This document shows, piece by piece, positions 48,309 through 57,512 of a stretch of 64,000 nucleotides of DNA. Position 1 is the first letter of the stretch. Every line of letters starts with the position of its first letter. The notes beneath the pieces were generated by a model that was given only the letters and a program-made list of their open reading frames with translations, ran no database searches and was not told the DNA's origin. Made by a program: the position numbers and the translations under genes. Origin of the DNA: a virus; IMG/VR virus record IMGVR_UViG_3300025141_000055, positions 18,134 through 82,133 of that record, one strand, 5' to 3'.

Positions 48309-48329
48309 ATACAACCTATGGAAGGGGGG

Positions 48330-49157
48330 TTAGCCCTTCCCCACCTTACCAAGGCGTGAAGGTCTAACTCTTCTACTCCATGCTGAACTGATAAAGTTCT
48401 TGATATCTCCCCACTGGGTTGTTACTTGGTGACCCTCCTGGGTCAGTTCAATGTCATAGACTACACGGCGGAGAAGGTTAGCATTAGTGAAGTAGTCTTC
48501 TTTGTAGGATCCATACTCCACAGTCTTACGCATATTTACTAGTCCATATTCCGCTAGGTAGGCCAACCCCTCTCGAAGTGCTGTATAAATTGGAGAGGCA
48601 TGATAACAATCGGCTCGGTCTACTTCGGGAGTTCTATTAACCGTGGTGTAATCCCCCGCCGTGGTTTGGCGAAAGCCTCGGAAAAGGGAGGAGTCAGGCG
48701 ACACTTCGCCTTTATATGCGATGTCGTTAACTATGGTGAGAGCAATACTTCTCAAGGGCTGGGGTACTTTCTCGGCTAGGACACTGAGGATCATTGCTGC
48801 GCCTAGTCCTTTATTGGTTCCGGATTGATGTATCTCGGCGATGATTTGATCAACACCATTGAATTGTTTAGACGGTTTTATATCGGCGAGGCTTCCTGTA
48901 GTCTTACGCCTCCGTCGTCTTTGGCGAGGTCTTGTGGTATCTCCTCCGTGTGTGACGAGTCGCGCTGCGAGATGAGCGAGAGTAGTACACTTTTTCTCCA
49001 CACTCAGAGAGAAGAGTTTTCTACAGTCAATTAGATCCACATCGATGTGTTCGGCCATATCAATCTCAATCTCATTGACTGGCCCTGTGATGGAGATTAG
49101 GGCTGTCACTTCAGCATCATTGAGTTTGGTCTCGCCGAGTCGGTATGTGACATGCAT
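48330..49157 (-). CDS. hypothetical, possibly winged-helix DNA-binding protein
   Basis: Arg-rich linker; IYTALREGL..L...GLV...Y..ELT..G resembles PadR. Confidence 0.55.
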   Translation of the reverse strand: MHVTYRLGETKLNDAEVTALISITGPVNEIEIDMAEHIDVDLIDCRKLFSLSVEKKCTTLAHLAARLVTHGGDTTRPRQRRRRRKTTGSLADIKPSKQFNGVDQIIAEIHQSGTNKGLGAAMILSVLAEKVPQPLRSIALTIVNDIAYKGEVSPDSSLFRGFRQTTAGDYTTVNRTPEVDRADCYHASPIYTALREGLAYLAEYGLVNMRKTVEYGSYKEDYFTNANLLRRVVYDIELTQEGHQVTTQWGDIKNFISSAWSRRVRPSRLGKVGKG

Positions 49158-49230
49158 TGTCTATGGGATTAAAAATGGACTACATAACACTAAAGGGAGG
49201 CTTTGCATTGAGCTTTTATGTTTTTATATT

Positions 49231-49248
49231 CTTACAATTCTTTACATT
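49231..49248. promoter_or_regulatory. HLR1 (RpaB)-like direct repeat
   Basis: CTTACAAT-TC-TTTACATT versus (G/T)TTACA(T/A)(T/A)-N2 repeat; 1 mismatch; intergenic. Confidence 0.5.
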
Positions 49249-49286
49249 TTTGTTATGCAGAGGCGGGAAGCGCTTGCATAGTGGTT

Positions 49287-49880
49287 TTAACCGTTGATGT
49301 AGTTCTCTACACTCCCATGGATCCATGTCCCCCTCTCGGCAGCCTTATCTGCGACGCCGGGATTGAGCTTATTCCAGTGAGCTAGTTTTTTCCTCTGCTG
49401 TTCTGTGAGAGCGACGGAGGCACCGGTTATCCCGTCTTGTATTTCTTCAGTGAGTTCGGCAGCCATCTGTTGAAGATCAACATGAGAAAAACATAGAGCT
49501 GCGGGGGTTTCTCTTAGGTCGGAGATTCCATACTGGGCTTCTAAAAAGGAAGAGAGGTGAATTCCATATTCCTGAACACATTCTTCAGAGCTTGCTGTTG
49601 TGATGTTGAAGAGTTGAAGAGAAGGAACAAAAAGAATGACCGATTCTCCTAGCTTAAACATGGAGTCTTTGTCGTTATCTGCCCTTATAAAGGAGTCTGG
49701 GTCATGGTAGAGCTGGGAGAGTTGGTGCAGGATCCAATCCTCTAGATCGGGGAAGGTTCTATGAGGGGCGTAGGTTTCAGCCAAGGTGGTGAGTGTCATG
49801 AAGAGCAGCTGTCTAGGCATTGAGGGTGAAGGCTGCAGTCCACTGTGGTTTCCCATCCAGGATTTTATTGCAGACTTCAA
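49287..49880 (-). CDS. hypothetical protein with an exonuclease-derived C-terminus
   Basis: C-terminal ~37 aa identical to part of 39087-39866; likely start MTLTTL near 49799. Confidence 0.6.
   Translation of the reverse strand: MKSAIKSWMGNHSGLQPSPSMPRQLLFMTLTTLAETYAPHRTFPDLEDWILHQLSQLYHDPDSFIRADNDKDSMFKLGESVILFVPSLQLFNITTASSEECVQEYGIHLSSFLEAQYGISDLRETPAALCFSHVDLQQMAAELTEEIQDGITGASVALTEQQRKKLAHWNKLNPGVADKAAERGTWIHGSVENYING
49294..49406. repeat. 113-bp exact duplicate of 39652-39764
   Basis: Direct base-by-base comparison. Confidence 0.9.
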
Positions 49881-49993
49881 GACCGTGAGGACCTTTACGT
49901 TTTTGACCTAAGGGGCATGGAGGCCGATCCTTAGGGGTAAGCTTTCTATTTTTAGCTCGGGATTCATAAAAGGTTATGAGGGTCTGTAATAAT

Positions 49994-50176
49994 TCATAAT
50001 TCTTTTGTTTGTTCTTGAGAACAGAGACCGGAGGAGATAGGGACATCGCTGGAGAAATGGGAGAGTTTGGCATATGCTCGGTCAGCCTTACGGATGAGTT
50101 TTTGCGCTACTTCGCGCTGCGTACATAATTCTGCTTTAACCGCTAATTTAATCAACCTTTTCTTAGGATTTTTCAT
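49994..50176 (-). CDS. small basic protein
   Basis: KRLIKLAVKAE.C..RE.AQKLIRKA. Confidence 0.55.
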   Translation of the reverse strand: MKNPKKRLIKLAVKAELCTQREVAQKLIRKADRAYAKLSHFSSDVPISSGLCSQEQTKEL

Positions 50177-50178
50177 AG

Positions 50179-51762
50179 TTAGTAACGAAGGGCACTTTGA
50201 AAGAGTGAGGCAGTCTCGGGGTCGTCTTCAATATTCACACTATGGATTGAATCACTAATTCCCATGAGGGTGTCTATAATCCCTAGTTCTTTAAGGGTTT
50301 CGACCTTTCTACCTAAGCAGAAAGAGCTCCATTGGATTCCATGCTCCTGCTTAAACTGATTGAGACGCCTTATAAAAGGGTCAGGTACCGAGGCTTGACC
50401 GTCTGTTATTAGGAGCACATCTGCCTTGTCAGTCATTCTAGCCTTCGTCAAGGCGTGGTCTACAACTGCAGCGAAAGAGGTACCCCCTCGGGTAACCCAC
50501 GCAAGAATAAAATCTAAGAGTTCTTCATTATTTTTACGTTGAGGGCTAAGAGTTATGGTCTTTTGAATTTTGGAATCGAATAGATTTATCTCAATTTCGC
50601 GTTTGGTTCTTAAGCAATCTTCCGAAATAACCAAGGCCAGAGCTTTACTCCATAATTCATTCTTTCCCATCATGGAACCGCTGATATCGATATATAAGAT
50701 AATGGGACCTTTGTCTAACTCTTTTACTTTTGCTTCATAGTCTTTTGTCAGAAGAGTTTTCTGAGAATATTTCAGAGCAAATAATGCTTGGCCTTCTTCG
50801 GAGCCTGCTAGGGCTAGTTCTATAGGGAATGCTTTGGTAGCTTCATCGGAGAACTTGGCTCCCACAATGTCGCTGTAGTTAGTCTGGGATGTACGGGCCC
50901 TAAGTCGTGTGCTCCAGGCTTGTCGTAGGGAACCCGTCTGCCTTATTAAAGAGCGCAAGGACTTGTTGTTGTGAAGTTTGGAGGCGAGTTTCTTTTTCTC
51001 TTCTAAGTTATCAAGACGAGCTCCGCTGCCCGGGTTCATTCCTGCTAAGGAACTAAGGGCTTTTTGAATATCATCGCTTTTCTTACACACTGAATCTATG
51101 AGAGAGGAGAGTTCAGGTTGGAGGTTGTGACGGTATTCATTTATTCTTTCTTCCATGTCTTTCCCTATTTGTTTTCCTTTCTTTCTTACTTCTGCAGCTT
51201 CGATAAGGTTTCCTTTCTCCTTAAGGTCTAGAAAAGTATTGCGGAGGTTGCTAAGTTCTTCGGCACCATCGAGTAAGAGTTGAATATCTAAGGAACCATC
51301 ATCAATTTGTTGAGAAATATACTCACTCAACTCGTTAAGTATATTGATCGAATTATTTCCTGCGTTGAATTGGTCCCCTACCGATAGTTCTACTAAGTGA
51401 GGCCATCCTGGGGCATTTATTATGTCTGTCATTAGGACTAACCAAAACGCATTTTCTGGTTTATATCCTTCGGGGAAGGGGAGCTCCTTCCCCTCATTGG
51501 TGAAATAGAAATAATCGTCAACCTCATTGAGAGCTACCACGGGGGTTATAGCTTTGCCGTTGTATAGATAGTCAAAAAGTTCTTTTCCAAAACGTGATAG
51601 TTGAGTGATGTGATAACGATCAATGAGGTATGTCACCATGGGGCGCGCATCCCGTACGAAGTCTTCCCACAGGAAATCGGAGAGAGGGGAAACGACGAGA
51701 GCTAGGGGTTCGTTGTGAGTTATGCGGATGAACTCACGTTCTTTTTGAGGTTGCATAATCAA
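50179..51762 (-). CDS. VWA (ViaA/CoxE-like) protein
   Basis: KGPIILYIDISGSM (MIDAS), GGTSF, ADVLLITDG. Confidence 0.9.
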   Translation of the reverse strand: MIMQPQKEREFIRITHNEPLALVVSPLSDFLWEDFVRDARPMVTYLIDRYHITQLSRFGKELFDYLYNGKAITPVVALNEVDDYFYFTNEGKELPFPEGYKPENAFWLVLMTDIINAPGWPHLVELSVGDQFNAGNNSINILNELSEYISQQIDDGSLDIQLLLDGAEELSNLRNTFLDLKEKGNLIEAAEVRKKGKQIGKDMEERINEYRHNLQPELSSLIDSVCKKSDDIQKALSSLAGMNPGSGARLDNLEEKKKLASKLHNNKSLRSLIRQTGSLRQAWSTRLRARTSQTNYSDIVGAKFSDEATKAFPIELALAGSEEGQALFALKYSQKTLLTKDYEAKVKELDKGPIILYIDISGSMMGKNELWSKALALVISEDCLRTKREIEINLFDSKIQKTITLSPQRKNNEELLDFILAWVTRGGTSFAAVVDHALTKARMTDKADVLLITDGQASVPDPFIRRLNQFKQEHGIQWSSFCLGRKVETLKELGIIDTLMGISDSIHSVNIEDDPETASLFQSALRY

Positions 51763-52946
51763 GAGGCGAGGTCGTTAATAGATAGGGTAATCATTTGAGT
51801 AGAGCTTTCTATGGTTTGACTGAGCTTTGTGAGATCTTGACGAGCCTTAAGGGTGATGCGGAAGCATGAGTTGGTGTCTAAAAGTTCTCCTGTTTTCTCA
51901 CTGAGAACAGTTAGGTCTTGGTGCATCTTTCTAAGTTTTGAGGCTACTTGACCTAGGTCATAGATACTCTTTGAGTCGGCCGCGCGGAGGGAATGGTATT
52001 CATTTAACAATCCATTATGAGCTCGCTTAATACTGGCGATCATTTTTTCAACCGTGGGAACTACCTGGTTTAGTACTTCCTTAATGACGACAATGTCATC
52101 TAAATTTTGGTACACCATATGGATAAGAGTTCGATGTAAATGTTCGGGGTATATGGCATCATCTCCTTGGATAAGGGCCCATCCTTTCATGAACTGAAGG
52201 ATACTGACTCGACGACGGTCACTAATAAATATTCCTCTTGAGCTTAGTAAATCGATGACTTGGGTAAAAGAGTCGAGGAAATCCTCGCTGATATCAATTT
52301 CCTGTGTGCTTTCTTGGAGCTTACCCAGATCTTCAAAGGTGAGGGTGGATTCAACTCGAGGACGTTTCTTTATGTTTAGTGCCCACGCATCTAGGAGTCT
52401 TTTAGAAGTGGGTTTATGTAGAAGGGTAACTGTGGGTCTAAAGAGGAAACGATCGCAGAAAGCTTGAAGTGCTTCCTCTTGAGGGAAGGAATTAGTAGCT
52501 GCCACGATGGATTCGATAGGAGTATGAATGATCTGCTTCCCGTTGTTGAAGGTGCGTTCGTTGAGAATGGTTAAAAGAGAGTTCAGCACCGCTGAACTAC
52601 CACGAAAAAGTTCGTCTAGAAAGGTGATGTTGGAGGAAGGAATATAACCTTCAACATCTCGGACATACTCATCCTTGAGAAGTTTCGAGACGGCTACGGG
52701 GCCAAAAAGTTCTGAGGGATCAGTGGTGGGAGATAAAAGATAACTAAAGAATTTAGCTCCTTTGAATCCCTTTGCTACCTCTCTCACTAGTTCGGACTTG
52801 CCGGTTCCCGGGACCCCAAACAAAAATGCATTTTGCTTAGTGACAATGGAGGTGAGGAGGCCATCAATGATATCTTCCCTTTCCAGGAAGGTGGTGTTTA
52901 AAGACGCTCGGTACGTCTGGAGTTTGGTGAAGAGGGTGTCGTCCAT
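51759..52946 (-). CDS. MoxR/RavA-family AAA+ ATPase
   Basis: GVPGTGKSEL, TDPSELFGP, FLDELFR..SAVLNSLLTILNER, ATN, DRFL, SDRR. Confidence 0.9.
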   Translation of the reverse strand: MDDTLFTKLQTYRASLNTTFLEREDIIDGLLTSIVTKQNAFLFGVPGTGKSELVREVAKGFKGAKFFSYLLSPTTDPSELFGPVAVSKLLKDEYVRDVEGYIPSSNITFLDELFRGSSAVLNSLLTILNERTFNNGKQIIHTPIESIVAATNSFPQEEALQAFCDRFLFRPTVTLLHKPTSKRLLDAWALNIKKRPRVESTLTFEDLGKLQESTQEIDISEDFLDSFTQVIDLLSSRGIFISDRRRVSILQFMKGWALIQGDDAIYPEHLHRTLIHMVYQNLDDIVVIKEVLNQVVPTVEKMIASIKRAHNGLLNEYHSLRAADSKSIYDLGQVASKLRKMHQDLTVLSEKTGELLDTNSCFRITLKARQDLTKLSQTIESSTQMITLSINDLAS

Positions 52947-52984
52947 AAGTTGTTGACGTTGATGAGGTGATGCGTTGATGCTTC

Positions 52985-54193
52985 TTAGAAATCGAGATCG
53001 TCGATGGTAGCTGCGTGGAGGTTTTCAATCTCTGCTTTAACCTCGTCGATACTTACGTTTCGAGCATGGAGGAGTTCTTCCCGTTGAGTAAAAAGATGGT
53101 GGAGATGTTTGGCGCGCTGTTCATAGACAACCTGCTCCGTGTTGATCTCGGAAGCTAGGCCGTCCAGTTGCTCTTGACTTGTAGCAGTTTGTATTTTGGA
53201 AATGAGGTCACGATACGTTCCGGATAGAGCTAGAGACTGTTTTAAGGTTTCTAGTCCCTCGGAAGAGTCCCGTTCCTTAACTAGGCGCTCGAGTTCCGAT
53301 CGAATCTCCCCTTTAATCACGTTGTACCGCGCGAAAGCGGTATCTTTTACTCGCGCCGAGTTCTTCTTGTCTTGGAGTTGGATTCCAACTTCACGTAATT
53401 GATCCGCCAGATTTGCTAAGGCATCAAAGCCTGGGCAATGGGAGGAAATGAGATGGAGGGTCTCAGCTGTTACCTGCCATGAACCCCGCCGTTTAGCACC
53501 ACCAGTTTGGCGTTCACCTACTTTGGAAGAGACGCGTACATCTAGGTCATCCAGAAGTTCTGCTGCTTTACCTAACGCTCGATCAGCAGCTCCTTTTCGT
53601 GCCGCTTCTAATACTTGGTTGGTGTTAGCGGCTGCTAGCTCTTGGACTTCGGTAGTGAAGTGCTGGTCCGCAGTGGAGGCTACCGACAAGAGGATGGGGT
53701 TAGGACCAATTACATTGACGTGAATGGGATCTTCAAATTCCTTTTGGGTGGGGAATAATTTTAAATAGGCTTCTTTAGCTATTTTCAAGCCCACTACATC
53801 ATCCTTAAAGAGAGGGTCTAAGAAACCACTAACGGTCGCTGACCATAGTTCGTATTCTTGGATCCATATTCCTTTAAGCTTTTGATTGTAGTGATGAGCC
53901 TTCAGCCTTATCTCACTGATAATTTTGGTGGCGTCGACGAAGTGCTCATGACATAGAAAGTGGATGTCACCATTGTGAATGGTGCACTCTTCATATAAGC
54001 GTCGTTGGAGTAATCGTAGATTCCCTAAATATTCTTTGAGCTTGCCGGAAAGGGTAGGGCGTACAGAAACGGCGTGTTGTTTCTCCAGGGTCTCGACGAC
54101 ACTCTTGGGGAGTTTGAGGTCGTCGAGTTTAATCTGGGTGCTTTGACGCAAGTTGGCACTGACCGAACAGTGAAGGAGGAAGACGTCTGTCAT
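52985..54193 (-). CDS. DUF3150-like helical protein
   Basis: Size, helical composition, FPT..EF motif and position before the AAA/VWA pair; family call tentative. Confidence 0.5.
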   Translation of the reverse strand: MTDVFLLHCSVSANLRQSTQIKLDDLKLPKSVVETLEKQHAVSVRPTLSGKLKEYLGNLRLLQRRLYEECTIHNGDIHFLCHEHFVDATKIISEIRLKAHHYNQKLKGIWIQEYELWSATVSGFLDPLFKDDVVGLKIAKEAYLKLFPTQKEFEDPIHVNVIGPNPILLSVASTADQHFTTEVQELAAANTNQVLEAARKGAADRALGKAAELLDDLDVRVSSKVGERQTGGAKRRGSWQVTAETLHLISSHCPGFDALANLADQLREVGIQLQDKKNSARVKDTAFARYNVIKGEIRSELERLVKERDSSEGLETLKQSLALSGTYRDLISKIQTATSQEQLDGLASEINTEQVVYEQRAKHLHHLFTQREELLHARNVSIDEVKAEIENLHAATIDDLDF

Positions 54194-54621
54194 TTAGCTG
54201 TACTCTTGAGACGTGTATAGGCCGTGGTGATGTTGTCGGTAACTAGATCGATTTGCTCCTTAAGAACTAATTCAACAATGAGGTGCTTTCGCTTAGTTTC
54301 GGCAACTTTGAGTTCTCTCTTTAGGCGATCGATGCGGTTGTTTAGAACATCGAGGTCTTTGTGTTGAGTAGGTACACGGCGTACCCTTACAACAATCTGG
54401 GTATCGACTTCTGGAAACTTGAATAAGGAGGAGGGTCCTTGAAAGCAGCTGAAGTCTTGTCCCTGTTTGTCTGCTACGTAAAGTGCGTTATGCAAATTAC
54501 TTTTACTAGCGTCAAATGGAGTACGAAATCCTTGCGTAAGTTGGTCTAGTGCTTCGTCGTACTCATTCCATAAGGATGCAGTAGTGCGCCCTTGAGCAAT
54601 GAGGGTGTCAGGATTAGTCAT
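54190..54621 (-). CDS. hypothetical protein
   Basis: ATGA coupling to the next gene. Confidence 0.6.
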   Translation of the reverse strand: MTNPDTLIAQGRTTASLWNEYDEALDQLTQGFRTPFDASKSNLHNALYVADKQGQDFSCFQGPSSLFKFPEVDTQIVVRVRRVPTQHKDLDVLNNRIDRLKRELKVAETKRKHLIVELVLKEQIDLVTDNITTAYTRLKSTAK

Positions 54622-54644
54622 GGGGTGAGTGGTGTAAAGGGCGG

Positions 54645-55004
54645 TTAGAGGTGGGAGTTGAGCTTTTCCATGAGGACTTCATGGCTTACAGCTCCTGTGA
54701 TGGATTCAATCACTTTGCCTTCTACAAAAAGTTTGAGAGTCGGGATACTGCGAATGCCATATTGAACCGTGGTTTCAGGGTTGTCGTCAGTGTTGACTTT
54801 TACAACCTTTACTTTCCCCTCGAGCTCGTTGGCTACGTCTTCAAGAATGGGTGCAAGTAATTTGCATGGCCCACACCAGGGAGCCCAAAAATCAACAAGA
54901 ACTGGGGTGTCATGCTGGAGAACTTCTTTATCGAAGTTCTTATTTTGGGCTGTTCCGACGTTGTGGGGACCTTCAGTGAAGTCTCGCAGTTTCCGCTTCG
55001 GCAT
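54645..55004 (-). CDS. trxA: thioredoxin
   Basis: PVLVDFWAPWCGPCK, YGIRSIPTL. Confidence 0.95.
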   Translation of the reverse strand: MPKRKLRDFTEGPHNVGTAQNKNFDKEVLQHDTPVLVDFWAPWCGPCKLLAPILEDVANELEGKVKVVKVNTDDNPETTVQYGIRSIPTLKLFVEGKVIESITGAVSHEVLMEKLNSHL

Positions 55005-55064
55005 TGATAGAAGGAGTGAAGGAGTGTGTGCACCGCGTAAGGCTCATGTGCCGCCTTACTGAGC

Positions 55065-55093
55065 ATGATACATTCCTCAGCTCACGGTGTCAA
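55065..55093 (-). promoter_or_regulatory. sigma70-type promoter upstream of trxA and the AAA/VWA genes
   Basis: TTGACA-17 nt-TATCAT on the - strand. Confidence 0.75.
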
Positions 55094-55202
55094 CTCATCC
55101 TGATAAATTTATCTTTCGCAACAGTAGGATCAGAAGTGCTGAATATTGTAACTTTCTCTTTATATCCGAAGTGACCTTCATTCTGCACTCTTCTTATTCT
55201 CT

Positions 55203-55529
55203 TTATCTTTCTGCTAGCTCAACGTAGAGCTTACGACCGCTCTCCGTTATCGTCAAAAGATTCATGCTGGCCTTGTCAGGGTGGGGTTCGACACGTACTA
55301 AGTCCATCCCGCGTTTGTTCTTCTGCGTCTTGGTCCCCAACAAACAGCAGTTACGGGAAATGGAAGCTTTAGGGACATCTAAGGATTCCACCAATTCAGC
55401 TTGGGAAATCCCTCGGTCTCCCTCTTCAGCAATAGTTAGGAAGATGACCATGGTTAGGCATGAGACTTCCCTTTGATTAAAACGGGCAAAAGGTAAAAGA
55501 CGTTTGGAAAGTTTAGGTCGAAGGATCAT
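55203..55529 (-). CDS. MarR-family winged-helix regulator
   Basis: ISQAELVESLDVPKASISR...LV...LTITESGR. Confidence 0.8.
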   Translation of the reverse strand: MILRPKLSKRLLPFARFNQREVSCLTMVIFLTIAEEGDRGISQAELVESLDVPKASISRNCCLLGTKTQKNKRGMDLVRVEPHPDKASMNLLTITESGRKLYVELAER

Positions 55530-55596
55530 GGGTGGTGGCGTGGATAAATTCGGCTGTCATTTAATTAAAATTTTTAGTGTTCCCACGGACTAAGAA

Positions 55597-55959
55597 CTAT
55601 TCAGTTCCCCCGTAGGTCATTCCAAAATCATCATGGGAGCTTTCACCTATTTCTAATCGCCCATGGCGGATACGTTCTGGGGGATTGGAGGATCTCTGTT
55701 TGAGGGGGCGACTTGGTTTTCTGAGGTCTGCCAGATAGGAGCGCGCAGTGGCTGCGGTTTGCATTACTTCTCTTAAGTTGTGATCGATCTGATTTAAGGT
55801 CTCATTAGTAATCTCTTGTGTCTCATCGTCGTCCGGCCGCTGTGAGTAAAGCACATCGCGGATCGCATCGGCGACGTGGGTAGTCTTGAGGTTTGTCGAC
55901 AGATTGTTTACCTGGTCGAGTAGTTTGGCGGCAATTTCTTGGTCATTCAAGGGTGTCAT
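55597..55959 (-). CDS. early hypothetical protein
   Basis: ATGA coupling. Confidence 0.6.
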   Translation of the reverse strand: MTPLNDQEIAAKLLDQVNNLSTNLKTTHVADAIRDVLYSQRPDDDETQEITNETLNQIDHNLREVMQTAATARSYLADLRKPSRPLKQRSSNPPERIRHGRLEIGESSHDDFGMTYGGTE

Positions 55960-56237
55960 TTCTTCTTAAGTTTGGGAGGGTTTACGCCTGTTTGCACAAG
56001 CATGGTCAACAAAATGTCTGAGTCATAAAATGCCCTCAAGTGGTCATGCATTTCTTCTGATCCAGCATCTTGTAAGTCCTCAAGAATTGTTGCATAGACA
56101 CACTTACGCAGGGTGTCGGCTTTCATATCCTTGACAAGCTGTTGTGCAAAGACTTTCTTAAGGTTGCCCAGCTGTTCCTCGTCTAGTGCTGCGAGCACGC
56201 GAGGGGTGTCAGGGTGGGTGAGATCTTCTAAAGACAT
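55956..56237 (-). CDS. early hypothetical protein
   Basis: CA-rich leader (CACACCACCC ATG). Confidence 0.6.
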   Translation of the reverse strand: MSLEDLTHPDTPRVLAALDEEQLGNLKKVFAQQLVKDMKADTLRKCVYATILEDLQDAGSEEMHDHLRAFYDSDILLTMLVQTGVNPPKLKKK

Positions 56238-56259
56238 GGGTGGTGTGTGTTAGAGGTGG

Positions 56260-56496
56260 TTAGTCGTAATCATCTGGAGCATTTTCATATAGCATTTCTT
56301 CAAGTTGTTTGAGGTAGCCTATTAGGTCCGAGATCTTCTTTTGTCTCGGTTCACTATGAGTTGTCTGGTCAGATATTGCTTCCCTAAATTCCTCCTGCAG
56401 CAGAGTAACTAAGCGCTCAGCACTGGCTCGAGAGCTACAAGAAAAGACCACGACTGATTCGCCGTGGTCGTTGAGGGTAGTCACATTAAAAGTCAT
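56260..56496 (-). CDS. early hypothetical protein
   Basis: ATGA coupling. Confidence 0.55.
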   Translation of the reverse strand: MTFNVTTLNDHGESVVVFSCSSRASAERLVTLLQEEFREAISDQTTHSEPRQKKISDLIGYLKQLEEMLYENAPDDYD

Positions 56497-56981
56497 AAAC
56501 CCGATAAAATAAGGAGCTTGCCCAACAAAGTATTGTAAAAGCTAAGCGCCTCACTATCGCTATATTCGTTACGGGCTTTAGAAACTAAGCTAATTAATTC
56601 ATTCCATTCCTCCTCTATTAGAGGAAGACTAAATTTTTCGGCAGCTCTCAACAAATCATTTATTTGAAATGATTCGGATGGGAGTACCTCATCATTAAGT
56701 AAAGGATGAATAGGATCAGTAGTAGGGTAGCGATCGTCAGGTAGATCATTGGCCTGTTTGAAATTGGATAGAGGGTGGTTAATTAGTTCCTGAGTTAAGG
56801 GGGTGGTGTCCTGCATAGAGGTGGAGGGATCGGGGCGGGGTGAAATTGAATAATGTGCATCTTTATAGAGAGTGAGGTTGTCCAGCATCTCTCTACAGTC
56901 GGCGAAATCAGAAGTGATTTCTTGCCAGGCCATAGGCGAGTCAGATGTGTTGTTCTCGATTATGGGGGTGTCATGGGTCAT
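56493..56981 (-). CDS. early hypothetical acidic protein
   Basis: ORF track. Confidence 0.55.
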   Translation of the reverse strand: MTHDTPIIENNTSDSPMAWQEITSDFADCREMLDNLTLYKDAHYSISPRPDPSTSMQDTTPLTQELINHPLSNFKQANDLPDDRYPTTDPIHPLLNDEVLPSESFQINDLLRAAEKFSLPLIEEEWNELISLVSKARNEYSDSEALSFYNTLLGKLLILSGL

Positions 56982-57006
56982 AGGGGTAGTCTCCCGTTAG
57001 ATAAGT

Positions 57007-57369
57007 TTACTCAGCAATAAGGGTGTTATCGAGAGTGAGGGATAAGTGGAGAGGAGGAAAAGTGTGAGCAAGCTGGGTGAGTAATCTCCCCCATGGCTCG
57101 GTCCAGTTCCCTGACCAGAAGCCTGCCCCGTGGTAATCACGAGTAAGCATGAAGTCATGCTGGACTTGGTTCCATATGTCCCCCTCATTATCTGGATGAA
57201 GCATTACGGCGAGAGCGTTGTCTGGGTTAAACCCAATCGTTTCCGCTTTAAATCGGAATTCTTTCCAATCCCGATCAACCCTATTAACTAGGTCAGGGTC
57301 AGGTTCGTACTCTCCGTCTAAATAGTTAGACCATAAGAGAGTCTCAAGCGCTGCTTGGGCATGAGTCAT
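57007..57369 (-). CDS. conserved phage early protein (HDFxLTRxxHGAGFW type)
   Basis: LLWS...HDFMLTRDYHGAGFW motif; start after a CAACAT leader. Confidence 0.7.
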   Translation of the reverse strand: MTHAQAALETLLWSNYLDGEYEPDPDLVNRVDRDWKEFRFKAETIGFNPDNALAVMLHPDNEGDIWNQVQHDFMLTRDYHGAGFWSGNWTEPWGRLLTQLAHTFPPLHLSLTLDNTLIAE

Positions 57370-57512
57370 GATGTTGATGTTGATGTTGATGTGATTGAGT
57401 GCTGAGGATGAGCTCAGCAGGGAACCCCTTAAGGGCTCCGTGTTGAGTTCACATGTGGGGATAGGTAGCAAAAAAGAATACCCCTGAAAGCAGGTGCCGT
57501 CAGGGGTGATGG

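Noticed and set aside
2090-55476. Many short antisense or alternate-frame ORFs in the track (for example 6695-7135, 17718-18182, 34065-34487, 47127-47537)
   Set aside because: They are shadows of well-supported genes and carry no recognisable motifs
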